The notes: generated by a model from the letters alone, not told the origin. 64,000 nucleotides of DNA from an uncultured delta proteobacterium (GCA_963745025.1 CAVUWD010000020.1:64001-128000), one strand, 5' to 3'; counted from the stretch's first letter, positions 34,303-48,667 are shown. Program-made: numbers and translations.

Positions 34303-35373
34303 CTACGCCCCGCTGACATTCAGAAAATCGATCATCTGGCGCAGTCTTCCGAAGTTGATTCGATTGAAATGGAAAACCAATCTCGGCAGCTCGACTGTCT
34401 CGTCGCGCTCCTCCTCGGCGAGCGCGTGCGTCAGGTGGAACCGTCCGCTCACCACGAGATCGGCGAAGTCGGTGTGCAGGCGCTCGAGGAGGTCTTCTCG
34501 GAGCGGACGCGTCAATCGCATGACGAGCTTTTCACCGACGTACCGTGACGAATGATAGACGGTGTAGAAGCGGCAAATCTCGTCGACGGCGACGGCGACG
34601 TCGTCGGTGACTCGGACTAGCGACAGATCTTCTTCGGAGATCAGGCTCCGGCGGAGGAGGCGGTCGTTCACGTAGTCGCGCCACGCGTTCCAGTAGGTTC
34701 CTCCCGGCGCATCGACGAACACGATCGGCATCGGACCGGCTTTCCCGGTCTGCACCAGCGTGAGACACTCGTACGTCTCGTCGAGGGTGCCGAATCCCCC
34801 GGGGAAGAGAACCACCGCGTCGGCTTCTTTCACGAACAGCAGCTTGCGCGTGAAGAAGTACTTGAACGTCATCAGCTTGGGATCGTCGGCGATGACATCG
34901 TTGGGCCTTTGCTCGAACGGCAACCGGATGTTGACACCGAAGCTGCGCTCGCGTCCGGCCCCGGCCTGGCAGGCGCGCATGATTCCGCCGCCCGCGCCGG
35001 TGATCACCATATACCCCTCATCGGCGATCCGGCGCGCGAACTCTTCGGCTTGGCGATAGGTGGGATCGGTTTCCGCAATACGCGCGGAGCCGAAGGTGGT
35101 GACTTTACGGACCCCGCCGAAGCGGGCGAAGATGCGAAAGGCGTAACGCAGCTCCCGAACGGTGGCGTTCAGCAGACGGACGTCGGCGATCGACGTGCGA
35201 TCTTCGAGGAGTCGGATCGCCGTGACCACGAGCTCCTTGACGTACTGTGCCGCCGGCTCGGGGGCATCGGGGCGGATCTCGCGCAGAAAGGCTTCGACGC
35301 GCTCGAGCGTTGCCGACTGACGGGGTCGGCGCGGCGCACGCGGCCGCACGCCGGACGGTTGGCCGTCGCTCAC
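34303..35373 (-). CDS. LOG family (TIGR00730) nucleotide-binding protein
   Basis: FGSAR, ITGAGGGIM, FKYFFTRK, PGGFGTLDE. Confidence 0.92.
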   Translation of the reverse strand: MSDGQPSGVRPRAPRRPRQSATLERVEAFLREIRPDAPEPAAQYVKELVVTAIRLLEDRTSIADVRLLNATVRELRYAFRIFARFGGVRKVTTFGSARIAETDPTYRQAEEFARRIADEGYMVITGAGGGIMRACQAGAGRERSFGVNIRLPFEQRPNDVIADDPKLMTFKYFFTRKLLFVKEADAVVLFPGGFGTLDETYECLTLVQTGKAGPMPIVFVDAPGGTYWNAWRDYVNDRLLRRSLISEEDLSLVRVTDDVAVAVDEICRFYTVYHSSRYVGEKLVMRLTRPLREDLLERLHTDFADLVVSGRFHLTHALAEEERDETVELPRLVFHFNRINFGRLRQMIDFLNVSGA

Positions 35374-35374
35374 C

Positions 35375-37432
<2,058 letters not shown>

Positions 37433-37547
37433 GCAGGCACTCTAACCCGGATCCTCCGCGAAGTCTGCTCTGCAAAGACTGGCGGACGATCGGAGCGCGG
37501 CCACCCAGAAAAAGACCTGACAGGAGCTTGTGGTTGGAAATGGAAGA

Positions 37548-39589
<2,042 letters not shown>

Positions 39590-39623
39590 GTTCCGCTCGA
39601 AGCCTCTATCCTGGAGGTCGAGG

Positions 39624-40868
39624 ATGAGACAAGCAGCCACTTCGCCGTCACGGCGATTCCGTCCCGACGGGGCCCGCCGGAGCTTCCCGGGCCTACGCGA
39701 CATCGTCTTTCTCAACGCCGCGAGCATGGGGATCGCGGCGTCACCCGCGCTCGAAGCGATCGGCCAGCAGCTGCGCTTGCTCGCGGCCGGGCCGCGGACG
39801 CTCGGCTGGACGCGGTTTGTGGAGCTCTTCGAACGCGGCGTTGCCGAGGCCCGCCGCGAGGCGACGCGCCTGCTCCGCGCCGAAGGCGACGAGGTCGGTT
39901 TGATCAGCGATACCACCGCCGGGCTGCACCACGCGATCGAGGCGATTCCCTTCGAGGCCGGCGATAACGTCGTGCTGTCCGACCTCGAATACCCGCAGGT
40001 GGCGTTGGCCGCGGCGAACGCTCGCCGCGAGAGGAGCGTCGAGCTGCGATTCGTCAAGCATCGCGCCGGGCGGATGTCGATCGACGACTTCCGCACGGCG
40101 ATCGACTCGCGCACCCGCGCCTTGCTCGTGAGCTCGGTCGGCTGGGTGACCGGCGAGCGGCTTGACCTCGCGGCCTTCTCCGATCTCGCGGAGAAGCGGG
40201 ATCTCTTTCTCGTGGTCGATGCCGTGCAGCAGCTCGGCGGGCTCTCCATCGACTGTTCGAAGCTACGAATCGATTTTCTGACGTCCGGTGGCTACAAATG
40301 GCTGAACGCCCCCTTCGGTTGCGGCGTGATGTACGTCCGTCGAGGGGTTCACGAACGCGGCGTGCGGGTCCGGCGGGTCGGCCTTCTCGGCCTCGAGGAG
40401 CCACGCTCGGGCTGGAGCTCGTTTTACTCATCGCCGGACATGAAGCCGCTGCCGGATCTCGAGCCGGCGCGAACGATCCGCCGCTTCGAAGCGCAGGGGA
40501 CCCCGAACCGCCTGGGAGCCGCAGGGCTCGCTGCGGCGCTTCGCCATCGCAATGGCCAGGACCGCCGAGGCGTCGATCGGCACATCCTCGACCTCGGCGC
40601 GGAGCTCATTGCGGAGCTCGCCGCTCGGAACGCGACGATCTGGACGCCGCACGAGGAGGCCAGCCGCGCCGGGATCGTCAGCTTCACGTTCGACGGGCGG
40701 CCGACCGCCGATGAGAGGCTCCGCGCCTTCCTCGAGCAGCGAAGGATCTTCACCAGCGCCCGTTACTGCTCGGGCGTAGGCGGCGTGCGAGTGGCGATGC
40801 ATCTCTTCAACGTTCGCGAAGACCTCCGCGCGCTCCTCGCGGCGATCGACGCGTTTCGGCGGCGCTGA
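39624..40868 (+). CDS. Aminotransferase class V PLP-dependent enzyme (C-S lyase/desulfurase-like)
   Basis: [26 protein letters not shown]. Confidence 0.88.
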   Translation: MRQAATSPSRRFRPDGARRSFPGLRDIVFLNAASMGIAASPALEAIGQQLRLLAAGPRTLGWTRFVELFERGVAEARREATRLLRAEGDEVGLISDTTAGLHHAIEAIPFEAGDNVVLSDLEYPQVALAAANARRERSVELRFVKHRAGRMSIDDFRTAIDSRTRALLVSSVGWVTGERLDLAAFSDLAEKRDLFLVVDAVQQLGGLSIDCSKLRIDFLTSGGYKWLNAPFGCGVMYVRRGVHERGVRVRRVGLLGLEEPRSGWSSFYSSPDMKPLPDLEPARTIRRFEAQGTPNRLGAAGLAAALRHRNGQDRRGVDRHILDLGAELIAELAARNATIWTPHEEASRAGIVSFTFDGRPTADERLRAFLEQRRIFTSARYCSGVGGVRVAMHLFNVREDLRALLAAIDAFRRR

Positions 40869-40923
40869 TTTGAGTAGCGGGTCATCGCTGACCACTACCC
40901 TGATTTGCGCGCTCGACGCATTC

Positions 40924-42153
40924 ATGCAATCCGGGACGACCGTGCCGAATGTTCCACTTCAGAGATTCCGCGTGGGGAGGCTGCGCGTGCTGTTCGAGCG
41001 CTCCCCGGGGCCGCTTACGGGCATCGTATTCGGCGCGCGCTCGGGATCACGATTCGACGGGGAACGGCCGGGGATTGCCCATCTCGCCGAGCACATGCTG
41101 TTCCAGGGAACGAAGACGCTCGATCACGCGGCGATCAACGAACGGGCGGCAGAGCTGGGTGGCGATCACGACGCCAGCACCAGCTACGAAGACCTGAACG
41201 TGACCTTCCAGGTGCTGAACGCGGACGCTGCGTCGGCAATCGCGTTGATCGCCGAACAGGTGCGGCGCTCGACCGTACCCGAGGATCGCCTGGAGAACGA
41301 GCGGCAGGTGGTAGCCCAGGAGATCCGTAGCCATCGCGAGGACGCCATCAGCTATCTTTCCGACGAGACCTGGGCGCGCTTCTATGGCGGCGGGCTGCGG
41401 CTGTCGCCGAGCGGTACGTTGGCGAGCGTGCGCTCGATTGAGGCGTTGGACATCCGCCGCTTCCTTCGCAAGCGCCTGGTCGGCGCGAACGTGGTGCTGT
41501 CGATCGTCGGCGATCCGCCGCTCCACGAGATCAAGCGGGCGCTGGCCGGGGAATTCGGCGGGCTCGCTCAGGGCGCCGCGTGTCAGGCAGACGGCGCGCG
41601 CGTGGTGCGTACGGGGGAAGTGCGCTTGCGCCGGTCGGGGCTCACGCAGCTCTATCTGACCATGCTCTTCTCGGTACCGCCGACGCGCCGCGCGCTGCTG
41701 GCGCTCGGCCTCGCCCTCGAGATCGTCGGAACCGACCCGGACGGACGTCTCTATCACGAGGTTCGCGAGAAGAGCGGACTTTCCTACGATCTCTGGGCGG
41801 ATCTTCCGGGGGGGGCCGGCTGGGCGGCGCTCGCCGTGGGCGCGGTCGCCGAGCGCCGCGCCGAATTGCGGCTGCGCCGCGCCATCGACCGCGTGTTCGA
41901 AACCGCCGCCACCGAGGGCTTCCGCGGTGAGGAGATCGCGCGCGCGCGGCGCAAGGTCCGCTATCGCTATGCTCGTCTTTCCGAAGCCAAGCTCGATCGT
42001 GCTGCCGCGCATGCAGCGTCGATTCTCTACGGGGCGCCGCGACTCGACGAGGCGGAATCGATCGTTCGTTCGCTTCGCCGCGAGGAGATCGAAGGAGCGT
42101 GGTGCCGCGCGCTTCGCGGTCCGCGCTTGACGGGCGTGCTCACCGGTAGCTGA
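40924..42153 (+). CDS. M16 (pitrilysin-like) zinc peptidase
   Basis: GSRFD...GIAHLAEHMLFQGT (HxxEH), RLYHEVREKSGLSY. Confidence 0.9.
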   Translation: MQSGTTVPNVPLQRFRVGRLRVLFERSPGPLTGIVFGARSGSRFDGERPGIAHLAEHMLFQGTKTLDHAAINERAAELGGDHDASTSYEDLNVTFQVLNADAASAIALIAEQVRRSTVPEDRLENERQVVAQEIRSHREDAISYLSDETWARFYGGGLRLSPSGTLASVRSIEALDIRRFLRKRLVGANVVLSIVGDPPLHEIKRALAGEFGGLAQGAACQADGARVVRTGEVRLRRSGLTQLYLTMLFSVPPTRRALLALGLALEIVGTDPDGRLYHEVREKSGLSYDLWADLPGGAGWAALAVGAVAERRAELRLRRAIDRVFETAATEGFRGEEIARARRKVRYRYARLSEAKLDRAAAHAASILYGAPRLDEAESIVRSLRREEIEGAWCRALRGPRLTGVLTGS

Positions 42154-42387
42154 GGAAACGTTTCACGCTTCGTTCGCGTGCGGGGTCGAATCACACGCTG
42201 CCGGTCTGCTCGTTCCGCAAGCGAAGGAACGTGAAACGCCCCTTAGCGCGGGCTGACGCCCGCAACCCAAGTGCCGAATTTTGTCACTGCTTCTCCAAAT
42301 TCTTCGCGTGGCGCGACGATTCTCGGAACTAGTAGCTCAGCGGACTGGTTGCGCGCGCACCGGCGCGGGCGGTACAAGTTGCGCTTC

Positions 42388-43317
42388 ATGGCTCTGCGCA
42401 TCGTGCTCGTCGGTCAATCGGCGTTCGGAGAGAAGACCCTCGAACGACTGTCGCGAGATCACGAGATCGTCGCCGTCTACTGCCCCCCCGACGCGTCGGG
42501 CGACAAGATCGATCCGCTGAAGGCGAAGGCGCTCGCGCTTTCCCTCCCCGTGCATCAGCCGAGGTCGATGAAGGGCGACGACGTGCACCGCGAGTTCGCG
42601 ACGCACGAGGCGGATCTCGCCGTGCTCGCCTTCGTCACCGTGATCGTGCCCGAGCGCATCATCCGACTTCCGCGCCTCGGCACGATCTGCTTCCACCCGT
42701 CGCTGCTGCCGCGCTATCGCGGGGGCAGCGCGATCAACTGGCAAATCATCCGCGGTGAAACGCGTGGCGGCTTGACCGTCTTCTGGACGGACGCGGGCAT
42801 CGATACAGGCCCGATTCTGCTGCAGAAGGAGGTTGCGATCGGTCCCGACGACACGACGGGATCGCTCTACTACGAGAAGATCTTTCCGCTCGGGCTCGAT
42901 GCGATGGAGGAGGCGGTCGGGCGGATCGCCGAGGGTCGCGCGCCGCGCATTCCGCAGGACGAATCGCTTGCGAGCTACGACCCCCTCTGCCGGGACGAGC
43001 ACGTTGGCATCGATTGGTCCCGGCCCGCCCGCGAGATCTACGATCTCGTGCGAGGCGCGGATCCGCAGCCCGGCGGTTGGGGACTTCTTCGTGGCGAGAA
43101 GATTCGCTTCTATGATTGTCGACTCGTCGCCTCCGGCCGAGGTGAACCCGGCGAGGTGCTTGCAATCGGCGAGGAGCATGCGGAGATCGCGCTCGGCGGC
43201 GGCGCGCTGCGCGCTCGGCGATTGCGCGTCGGGGACTCGGCGAAAAAGTCTCCGCCCGCCGAGCTGGCGCGCGCGGGGCGCCTGCGGGTGGGCGATCGTC
43301 TCGAACGGGGGCGCTGA
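42388..43317 (+). CDS. Formyltransferase (Fmt-like / 10-formyl-THF dehydrogenase N-domain-like)
   Basis: HPSLLPRYRGGSAINW, GIDTGPILLQ, C-terminal PQPG. Confidence 0.85.
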   Translation: MALRIVLVGQSAFGEKTLERLSRDHEIVAVYCPPDASGDKIDPLKAKALALSLPVHQPRSMKGDDVHREFATHEADLAVLAFVTVIVPERIIRLPRLGTICFHPSLLPRYRGGSAINWQIIRGETRGGLTVFWTDAGIDTGPILLQKEVAIGPDDTTGSLYYEKIFPLGLDAMEEAVGRIAEGRAPRIPQDESLASYDPLCRDEHVGIDWSRPAREIYDLVRGADPQPGGWGLLRGEKIRFYDCRLVASGRGEPGEVLAIGEEHAEIALGGGALRARRLRVGDSAKKSPPAELARAGRLRVGDRLERGR

Positions 43318-43323
43318 GCTTCC

Positions 43324-43935
43324 ATGGCGGATGAGATGAGAAGCGCGATCGAGCGCGCGTTTCAGGAAAGTATCGATGCCAAGCAACAATTCCTGAAGCA
43401 GCACCTGCCGGCGCTCGAGAACGTGATCGAGGTGATCGCGGCGCGGATGCTCGCGGGGAACAAGGTGATGTTCTTCGGCAACGGTGGCAGCGCGGCGGAT
43501 GCGCAACACCTGGCGGCGGAGTTCGTGAATCGCTTTCTGCTCGAACGCCCGCCGCTGCCGGCGATCGCGCTCACCACCGACAGCTCGATTCTGACCAGCA
43601 TCGGCAACGATTACGGCTTCGTCGAGGTGTTCGCCAAGCAGGTGAAGGCGCTCGGCCGGGAGGGCGACGTGGCGGTGGGACTGTCGACCAGCGGCAATTC
43701 GCCCAACGTGGTGCGTGCCGTCGAAGTCTGCAAGAAGAAGGGCATCATCACGGTGGCGCTGACCGGTGGCGGAGGCGGAAAGCTCGCGGGAATCGTGGAC
43801 CATCATCTCTGCGTGGCCGCCACCAAGCTCACCGCGCGCATCCAAGAGACCCACATCCTGATCGGCCACGTGATCTGCGAGATGGTGGATGGCAAGCTCT
43901 TCGGGCACGACCCGGGAAAGCGCAGCCGGGGTTGA
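43324..43935 (+). CDS. gmhA: D-sedoheptulose 7-phosphate isomerase
   Basis: GNGGSAADAQHLAAE, GNDYG, STSGNSPN, RIQETH. Confidence 0.95.
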   Translation: MADEMRSAIERAFQESIDAKQQFLKQHLPALENVIEVIAARMLAGNKVMFFGNGGSAADAQHLAAEFVNRFLLERPPLPAIALTTDSSILTSIGNDYGFVEVFAKQVKALGREGDVAVGLSTSGNSPNVVRAVEVCKKKGIITVALTGGGGGKLAGIVDHHLCVAATKLTARIQETHILIGHVICEMVDGKLFGHDPGKRSRG

Positions 43936-44879
43936 AATTCCGCGAGATCGATCTGTCGCGCGTCCGCACTTATCCGCTCGGCTCGCGAACGAGCAAGGTG
44001 GACGCGCAGGCGCTCGGGCGGCCTGTGGGGAGCGGGGCGTCCGTTGCCGAGCTGCTGGCGAGCCTGCCCGATCTGCTCGCTGCGCGCGAGCTGCGTGAGG
44101 CGGCACGCGAGCTCGCCCGCCGGCGCCGCTCGGGGGGCTCGATTGTCCTCGGCATGGGAGCTCATCCGATCAAGGTCGGACTGTCGCCGCTGATCGTCGA
44201 TCTCCTCGAGCGCGGCGTATTCGCAGCCGTGGCAATGAACGGGGCCTGCATCGTTCATGACTTCGAGCTCGCACTCGCCGGCCGCACGTCGGAGGAAGTC
44301 GCCGAGCAGTTGGCCGACGGCAGCTTCGGCATGTCGGAGGAGACGGGCCGCTTCTTGAATGAAGCGGCCGGCGAAGGGGTGGCGGCGGGAATCGGGCTCG
44401 GCGACGCCGTCGGACGAAAGATTCTCGCCGCGGTTCTGCCCCACGCCTCGCTCAGCATTCTAGCGGCCGGCGCTCGGCTCGGTATCCCCATCACCGTGCA
44501 CGTGGCGCTCGGTACCGACATCATCCACATGCACCCCAGCGCCGACGGTGCGGCCATCGGCGAGACGAGCTTGCGCGACTTCCGCATCCTCGCCGAATGC
44601 GTTACCACGCTCGAGGGCGGGGCATTCGTGAACCTTGGCTCGGCCGTGATCCTTCCCGAAGTGTTTCTCAAGGCGCTCAGCTTGGCTCGCAACGTGGGCC
44701 GCACGGTCGCGGACGTCTTCACGCTCGACATGGACTTCAACCGCCAGTATCGCCCCCTCACCAACGTCGTCTCGCGCCCGACGCTGCAGGGTGGGCGAGG
44801 GATCCATCTCACTGGGCACCACGAGATCATGTTTCCGCTGCTGTGCGCGGCGCTGCGGGAAGAGATGGAGCGATCGTGA
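43932..44879 (+). CDS. Conserved hypothetical protein (deoxyhypusine synthase-like Rossmann fold suspected)
   Basis: GMGAHPIKVGL, HDFELA, GTDIIHMHP, GSAVILPEVFLKA, GHHE; translationally coupled to gmhA. Confidence 0.75.
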   Translation: MKFREIDLSRVRTYPLGSRTSKVDAQALGRPVGSGASVAELLASLPDLLAARELREAARELARRRRSGGSIVLGMGAHPIKVGLSPLIVDLLERGVFAAVAMNGACIVHDFELALAGRTSEEVAEQLADGSFGMSEETGRFLNEAAGEGVAAGIGLGDAVGRKILAAVLPHASLSILAAGARLGIPITVHVALGTDIIHMHPSADGAAIGETSLRDFRILAECVTTLEGGAFVNLGSAVILPEVFLKALSLARNVGRTVADVFTLDMDFNRQYRPLTNVVSRPTLQGGRGIHLTGHHEIMFPLLCAALREEMERS

Positions 44880-45721
44880 GCAAGGGCCGTAAGAACGAAG
44901 GAACTGCCCGGCCCGCGGGCCGGAGCGAGACCACGGGTGCGATCGTCACGCTCCTTTCCGACTTCGGCGAGCGCGACGGCTTCGTCGGGATCGTCAAAGG
45001 GGTCGTGCTCGGGATCTGTCCCACGGCGACGATCGTCGACCTGAGCCACGACGTCCCGCCGCAGGACGTCACCAGTGGCGCGCTGATTCTCGCCAGCGCC
45101 GTCGGATATTTCCCCGAGCGCACGATCCACTTGGCCGTCGTCGATCCCGGCGTCGGCACGACGCGCCGCCCGATCCTGATCGAGACCGACCGTTTCGTGT
45201 TGATCGGTCCCGACAACGGGCTGCTCAGCGTTGCAGCGAACGCCGCTCCCGTTCGGCGCGTCCTCCATCTCGATCGACCCGAGTATTTCTCGCCGTCGCC
45301 GAGCCATACGTTCCATGCACGCGACGTTTTCGCTCCGGTCGCCGGCCACTGCGCCCGCGGCGTCGAATGCGCCTCTCTCGGCTCGGCGCTGGATGGCTTC
45401 GCGCGCGCGTCAATTCCGGAAGTACGGCGGCTGGAGACCGCGCTCGAGGGCCAAGTCATCCACGTCGATCGCTTCGGCAACCTGATGTGCAACATCCGGC
45501 GCGAAGATCTCACCGGCTTCCGCGAGGCGGAGCTTTCGATTAGCATCGGTGGCGTGCAGATCGGGGAAATTTCCCCTCATTACTCCGCGGTCCGAGAAGG
45601 CAAGCCTGTCGCCCTGTGGAACAGTTGGGGGAGGCTCGAGATCGCGGTCCGCAACGGCTCTGCGTCGCGTCATTTGCGCGCCCGCAACGGAGATCGGATC
45701 CAGGTGAATTTCCGGCGATGA
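44876..45721 (+). CDS. SAM hydrolase / chlorinase-fluorinase family (DUF62)
   Basis: LLSDFG, VVDPGVGTTR, GPDNG, TFHARDVFAP, DRFGN. Confidence 0.93.
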   Translation: MSKGRKNEGTARPAGRSETTGAIVTLLSDFGERDGFVGIVKGVVLGICPTATIVDLSHDVPPQDVTSGALILASAVGYFPERTIHLAVVDPGVGTTRRPILIETDRFVLIGPDNGLLSVAANAAPVRRVLHLDRPEYFSPSPSHTFHARDVFAPVAGHCARGVECASLGSALDGFARASIPEVRRLETALEGQVIHVDRFGNLMCNIRREDLTGFREAELSISIGGVQIGEISPHYSAVREGKPVALWNSWGRLEIAVRNGSASRHLRARNGDRIQVNFRR

Positions 45722-46695
45722 GGCCCGTCGAGCTCTGGGCGCCTTCGCCCGACGAGACCGCCACGACGGGGGTTGCGGTCGCGGGGGCCGCTCGAGAGCA
45801 GCGGCGCCTGCCCGTCTTGAACCTCGTTCTGTTCGCGCTTACGCTCGCGACCACCACCATCGCCGGAGCGCTCAACGCCGAGGTTTCCCCGCCGGATCTC
45901 CGCGCAAACTGGACGAGCGGTCTTCCCTTCTCGCTCACGCTGATGGCGATCTTACTGGCCCACGAGATGGGCCACTATGTGCTTGCCCGGCTCCACGGGG
46001 TGCGGGTGACGTTGCCGTTTTTTCTCCCGGGCCCGCCTTTCTTGACCGGCACCTTCGGCGCGTTCATCCGCATGAAGTCGCTGCCGCAGAACCGCCGCAT
46101 TCTGTTCGACGTCGGTGCAGCCGGCCCCTGGGCGGGCGTTTGCGTGGCGATCCCTGCGGTGATCTGCGGCCTTCGTCTCTCAGAGATCCATCCGATCCCT
46201 CCCAGCTTTAGGGGATTCGAGTTCGGGGATTCGCTGCTCTTCAAGCTGCTCTCTCGCTGCGTCGTCGGTCCCGTGCCCTACGGCTTCGACATCATGCTCC
46301 ATCCGATCGCGCTCGCTGGCTGGTTCGGCTTGCTGGTGACGGTGCTCAATCTGCTGCCGGTCGGCCAACTGGATGGCGGACACGTGATCTATGCGTTGTT
46401 CGGTCGGCGCCATCGGTGGATCGCCCGCGGCTTTCTGGTCTTCACCGTCGGAGTTGGATTTCTCGGCTGGTACGGTTGGTTCCTCTGGGCGGTCTTGATG
46501 GTGTTGGTCGGTCTCGATCATCCGCCGACGCTCGACCACGAGACGCCGCTCGATCCGAAGCGCCGGCTCGCCGGCTGGCTCACTTTGGTGCTGTTCGTCG
46601 TTACGTTCATTCCCGTGCCGATCCGGATGCTCGAGGGTGGAAGCGGTCCGAGCCCGGACGAGCTGATCCCGGCGACGCTTTGGTTCGGAGGTTGA
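45718..46695 (+). CDS. Site-2 protease (M50) family
   Basis: HEMGH, GTFGAFI, AGPWAG, NLLPVGQLDGGH. Confidence 0.93.
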   Translation: MRPVELWAPSPDETATTGVAVAGAAREQRRLPVLNLVLFALTLATTTIAGALNAEVSPPDLRANWTSGLPFSLTLMAILLAHEMGHYVLARLHGVRVTLPFFLPGPPFLTGTFGAFIRMKSLPQNRRILFDVGAAGPWAGVCVAIPAVICGLRLSEIHPIPPSFRGFEFGDSLLFKLLSRCVVGPVPYGFDIMLHPIALAGWFGLLVTVLNLLPVGQLDGGHVIYALFGRRHRWIARGFLVFTVGVGFLGWYGWFLWAVLMVLVGLDHPPTLDHETPLDPKRRLAGWLTLVLFVVTFIPVPIRMLEGGSGPSPDELIPATLWFGG

Positions 46696-46720
46696 GTGTG
46701 GGGCGACGGGTGGAGGAGCC

Positions 46721-47173
46721 ATGAGCGAGCGACCTTCTTGGGACCAGTACTTCATGCTGATCACGCGGCAGGTCGCAGACCGTTCGACTTGCAACCGAGC
46801 GAAAGTCGGTGCGGTGATCGTGCGCGACAAGAACATTCTCGCCACTGGCTACAACGGATCGCCCGCCGGACTACCACACTGCACGGACGTGGGATGCCTG
46901 ATCTACGAGTCCCGGACGCCGAGCGGAGAGATCGAAGAGAACTGCTTTCGGACGATTCACGCCGAGATCAACGCGATCGCACAAGCGGCGAAGAACGGAT
47001 CATCGATTCTCGGCGCCGACATCTACATCACGCACACCCCCTGCATTCATTGCTTCAAAGTCCTCATCAATACCGGAATCAAGCGCGTCCTCTACGAGAA
47101 GCCGTACAAGATCGCGACCATCGACGAGCTGCGGCGGTATTGCGACGTAGGGCTGATTCAGGTTCCGATGTAA
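46721..47173 (+). CDS. dCMP deaminase (ComEB-like)
   Basis: RPSWDQYFM, TGYNG, HAEINA, PCIHC. Confidence 0.93.
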   Translation: MSERPSWDQYFMLITRQVADRSTCNRAKVGAVIVRDKNILATGYNGSPAGLPHCTDVGCLIYESRTPSGEIEENCFRTIHAEINAIAQAAKNGSSILGADIYITHTPCIHCFKVLINTGIKRVLYEKPYKIATIDELRRYCDVGLIQVPM

Positions 47174-47176
47174 TCC

Positions 47177-47821
47177 ATGAGCTGGAGCGTTTCGCGCTGG
47201 CAGCGGGTCGGCGGCCTCGAGCAGCGCTTCGGTGATCGCATCGAGGCTCTGCCGCGGGCGGTGGCCACGCTGCGGCAGGTCCACGGACGCCGCATCCACC
47301 ATCTCGATGACGCTTCAGAGGGCAGCGAGGGAGATGGCCTAGTGACCGACCGCCCGGCAACGCTCGTCGGTGTCTGGACCGCGGATTGCGTGCCCGTCCA
47401 CCTAGTCGCGCCCGGAGCGCGGATCGCCGCCGCGCTTCACTGTGGCTGGCGCGGCAGCGCGGCTGGAATGATTCCAGCCGCCCTGGAGCTCTTGGAGCGA
47501 CGCTGGAACGTGAGGACAGGGGAGATCGACGCTGCGCTCGGGCCTGCAATCGACGGTTGCTGCTACGAGGTTGGCGACGAAGTTCGCAGCGCCTTCGTTG
47601 CCCGAGCCGGCCTGCGGCTCGGGAGCATCGGTTTCCAGGCCCGCGGGCACCACCTCTACTTGGGTCTCCGGTCCTTTCTCGCGGCGGAGCTCCAGGCCTT
47701 CGGGGTGGCGCACATCGAGCGACTCGGACCCTGTACCGGGTGTCGCACGGACCTGCTGTATTCCTATCGCAAGGAGGGGAAGACCGGCCGCCAGCTGAGC
47801 TGGATCGGCTGGCAGGCCTGA
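47177..47821 (+). CDS. pgeF: YfiH/PgeF family (purine nucleoside phosphorylase / polyphenol oxidase-like)
   Basis: QVHG, TADCVP, HCGWRG, GPAI..CCYEVG, SYR. Confidence 0.88.
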   Translation: MSWSVSRWQRVGGLEQRFGDRIEALPRAVATLRQVHGRRIHHLDDASEGSEGDGLVTDRPATLVGVWTADCVPVHLVAPGARIAAALHCGWRGSAAGMIPAALELLERRWNVRTGEIDAALGPAIDGCCYEVGDEVRSAFVARAGLRLGSIGFQARGHHLYLGLRSFLAAELQAFGVAHIERLGPCTGCRTDLLYSYRKEGKTGRQLSWIGWQA

Positions 47822-48155
47822 AAACACTGGTAGTGGGCGATTTTTTTGACGATCGACGTCCCCTTCACCATCTGGTCAGAGCCCAAAAGACCCATTACCG
47901 AAATGCTCGCACCCTTGTCTCGTCAGCGGTTTTCCAGTGCTCGGTTGGGCTGTCATGAGGAGCGGCAAGACGACTGCCGGAGATCCCAGGGCGAAGACCG
48001 TGAGAATCGGTATCCGGGCCGACCAAAGTCGAGTCTAGCGGCGGCGGTATCGGCGAACGTGGGAGCGCCCGCGACCCTTGAAATCGTTGCCGAAGGGGCG
48101 GGAGGCTGCTAGGGTGCGGGCTTAGGAGCTGGGCCGTTTGAAGAGGAGGATCCGC

Positions 48156-48560
48156 ATGAAACGATCGATTGCTTGTCTGAGCCTCGTGGCCGTCCTCGTG
48201 ATGTACGGCTCTGCGCTCGCGATTCCGCAAGACGAGTACGACGATTCTCAATCGTACCCGCTACGGGTCGCTGCGTACTTGCTGAATCCCGTCGGTGTCG
48301 GTCTCGAGTATGTGATCTTCCGGCCCTTTCACTGGCTGGTATCGTATAACGATACGACCGAGCTGATCTTCGGTCACGGACCGCACGGCGCCGAAGAGAT
48401 GAAGGCGCTTCTCGCGTGTGACGAAACTCACGCGACGGGGTGCTATTATCCGCCGCAACCTTCGTCGGGATATTCGTCGCCACCTTCGACGCAATATTCG
48501 ACGCAAGCCGAGGTTGCGCCGATCGAGCCGCCGAGCAGCGGCAAGTCTTGGATGAAGTAG
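48156..48560 (+). CDS. Hypothetical secreted protein
   Basis: GAGGAGG RBS, signal peptide, YPLRVAAYLLNPVG..LEYVIFRP motif. Confidence 0.75.
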   Translation: MKRSIACLSLVAVLVMYGSALAIPQDEYDDSQSYPLRVAAYLLNPVGVGLEYVIFRPFHWLVSYNDTTELIFGHGPHGAEEMKALLACDETHATGCYYPPQPSSGYSSPPSTQYSTQAEVAPIEPPSSGKSWMK

Positions 48561-48667
48561 GCGCGCCGCGCACTCGCCGAAGGGCGTAGTGGGCTGAAAG
48601 AGGGCCGTCTCGTCTGTCTTGGGCGGCGCAGGCCATTCGCTATGCCGCGGCGCGCATCGGCGCCCGG

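Noticed and set aside
42159-42238. parS site or glutamine (glnA) riboswitch
   Set aside because: Only separated parS half-sites; CGTTC...GAAGGAACG is present but the GGAAGUA E-loop core is missing
42335-42385. tRNA-like words GTAGCTCAG...TGGTT...GCGCAC...GGTACAAGT
   Set aside because: No acceptor stem or anticodon arm can be formed; more likely chance or promoter sequence
47890-47935. Hammerhead ribozyme core CUGACGA on the minus strand
   Set aside because: No GAAA following stem II and no compatible stems I/III
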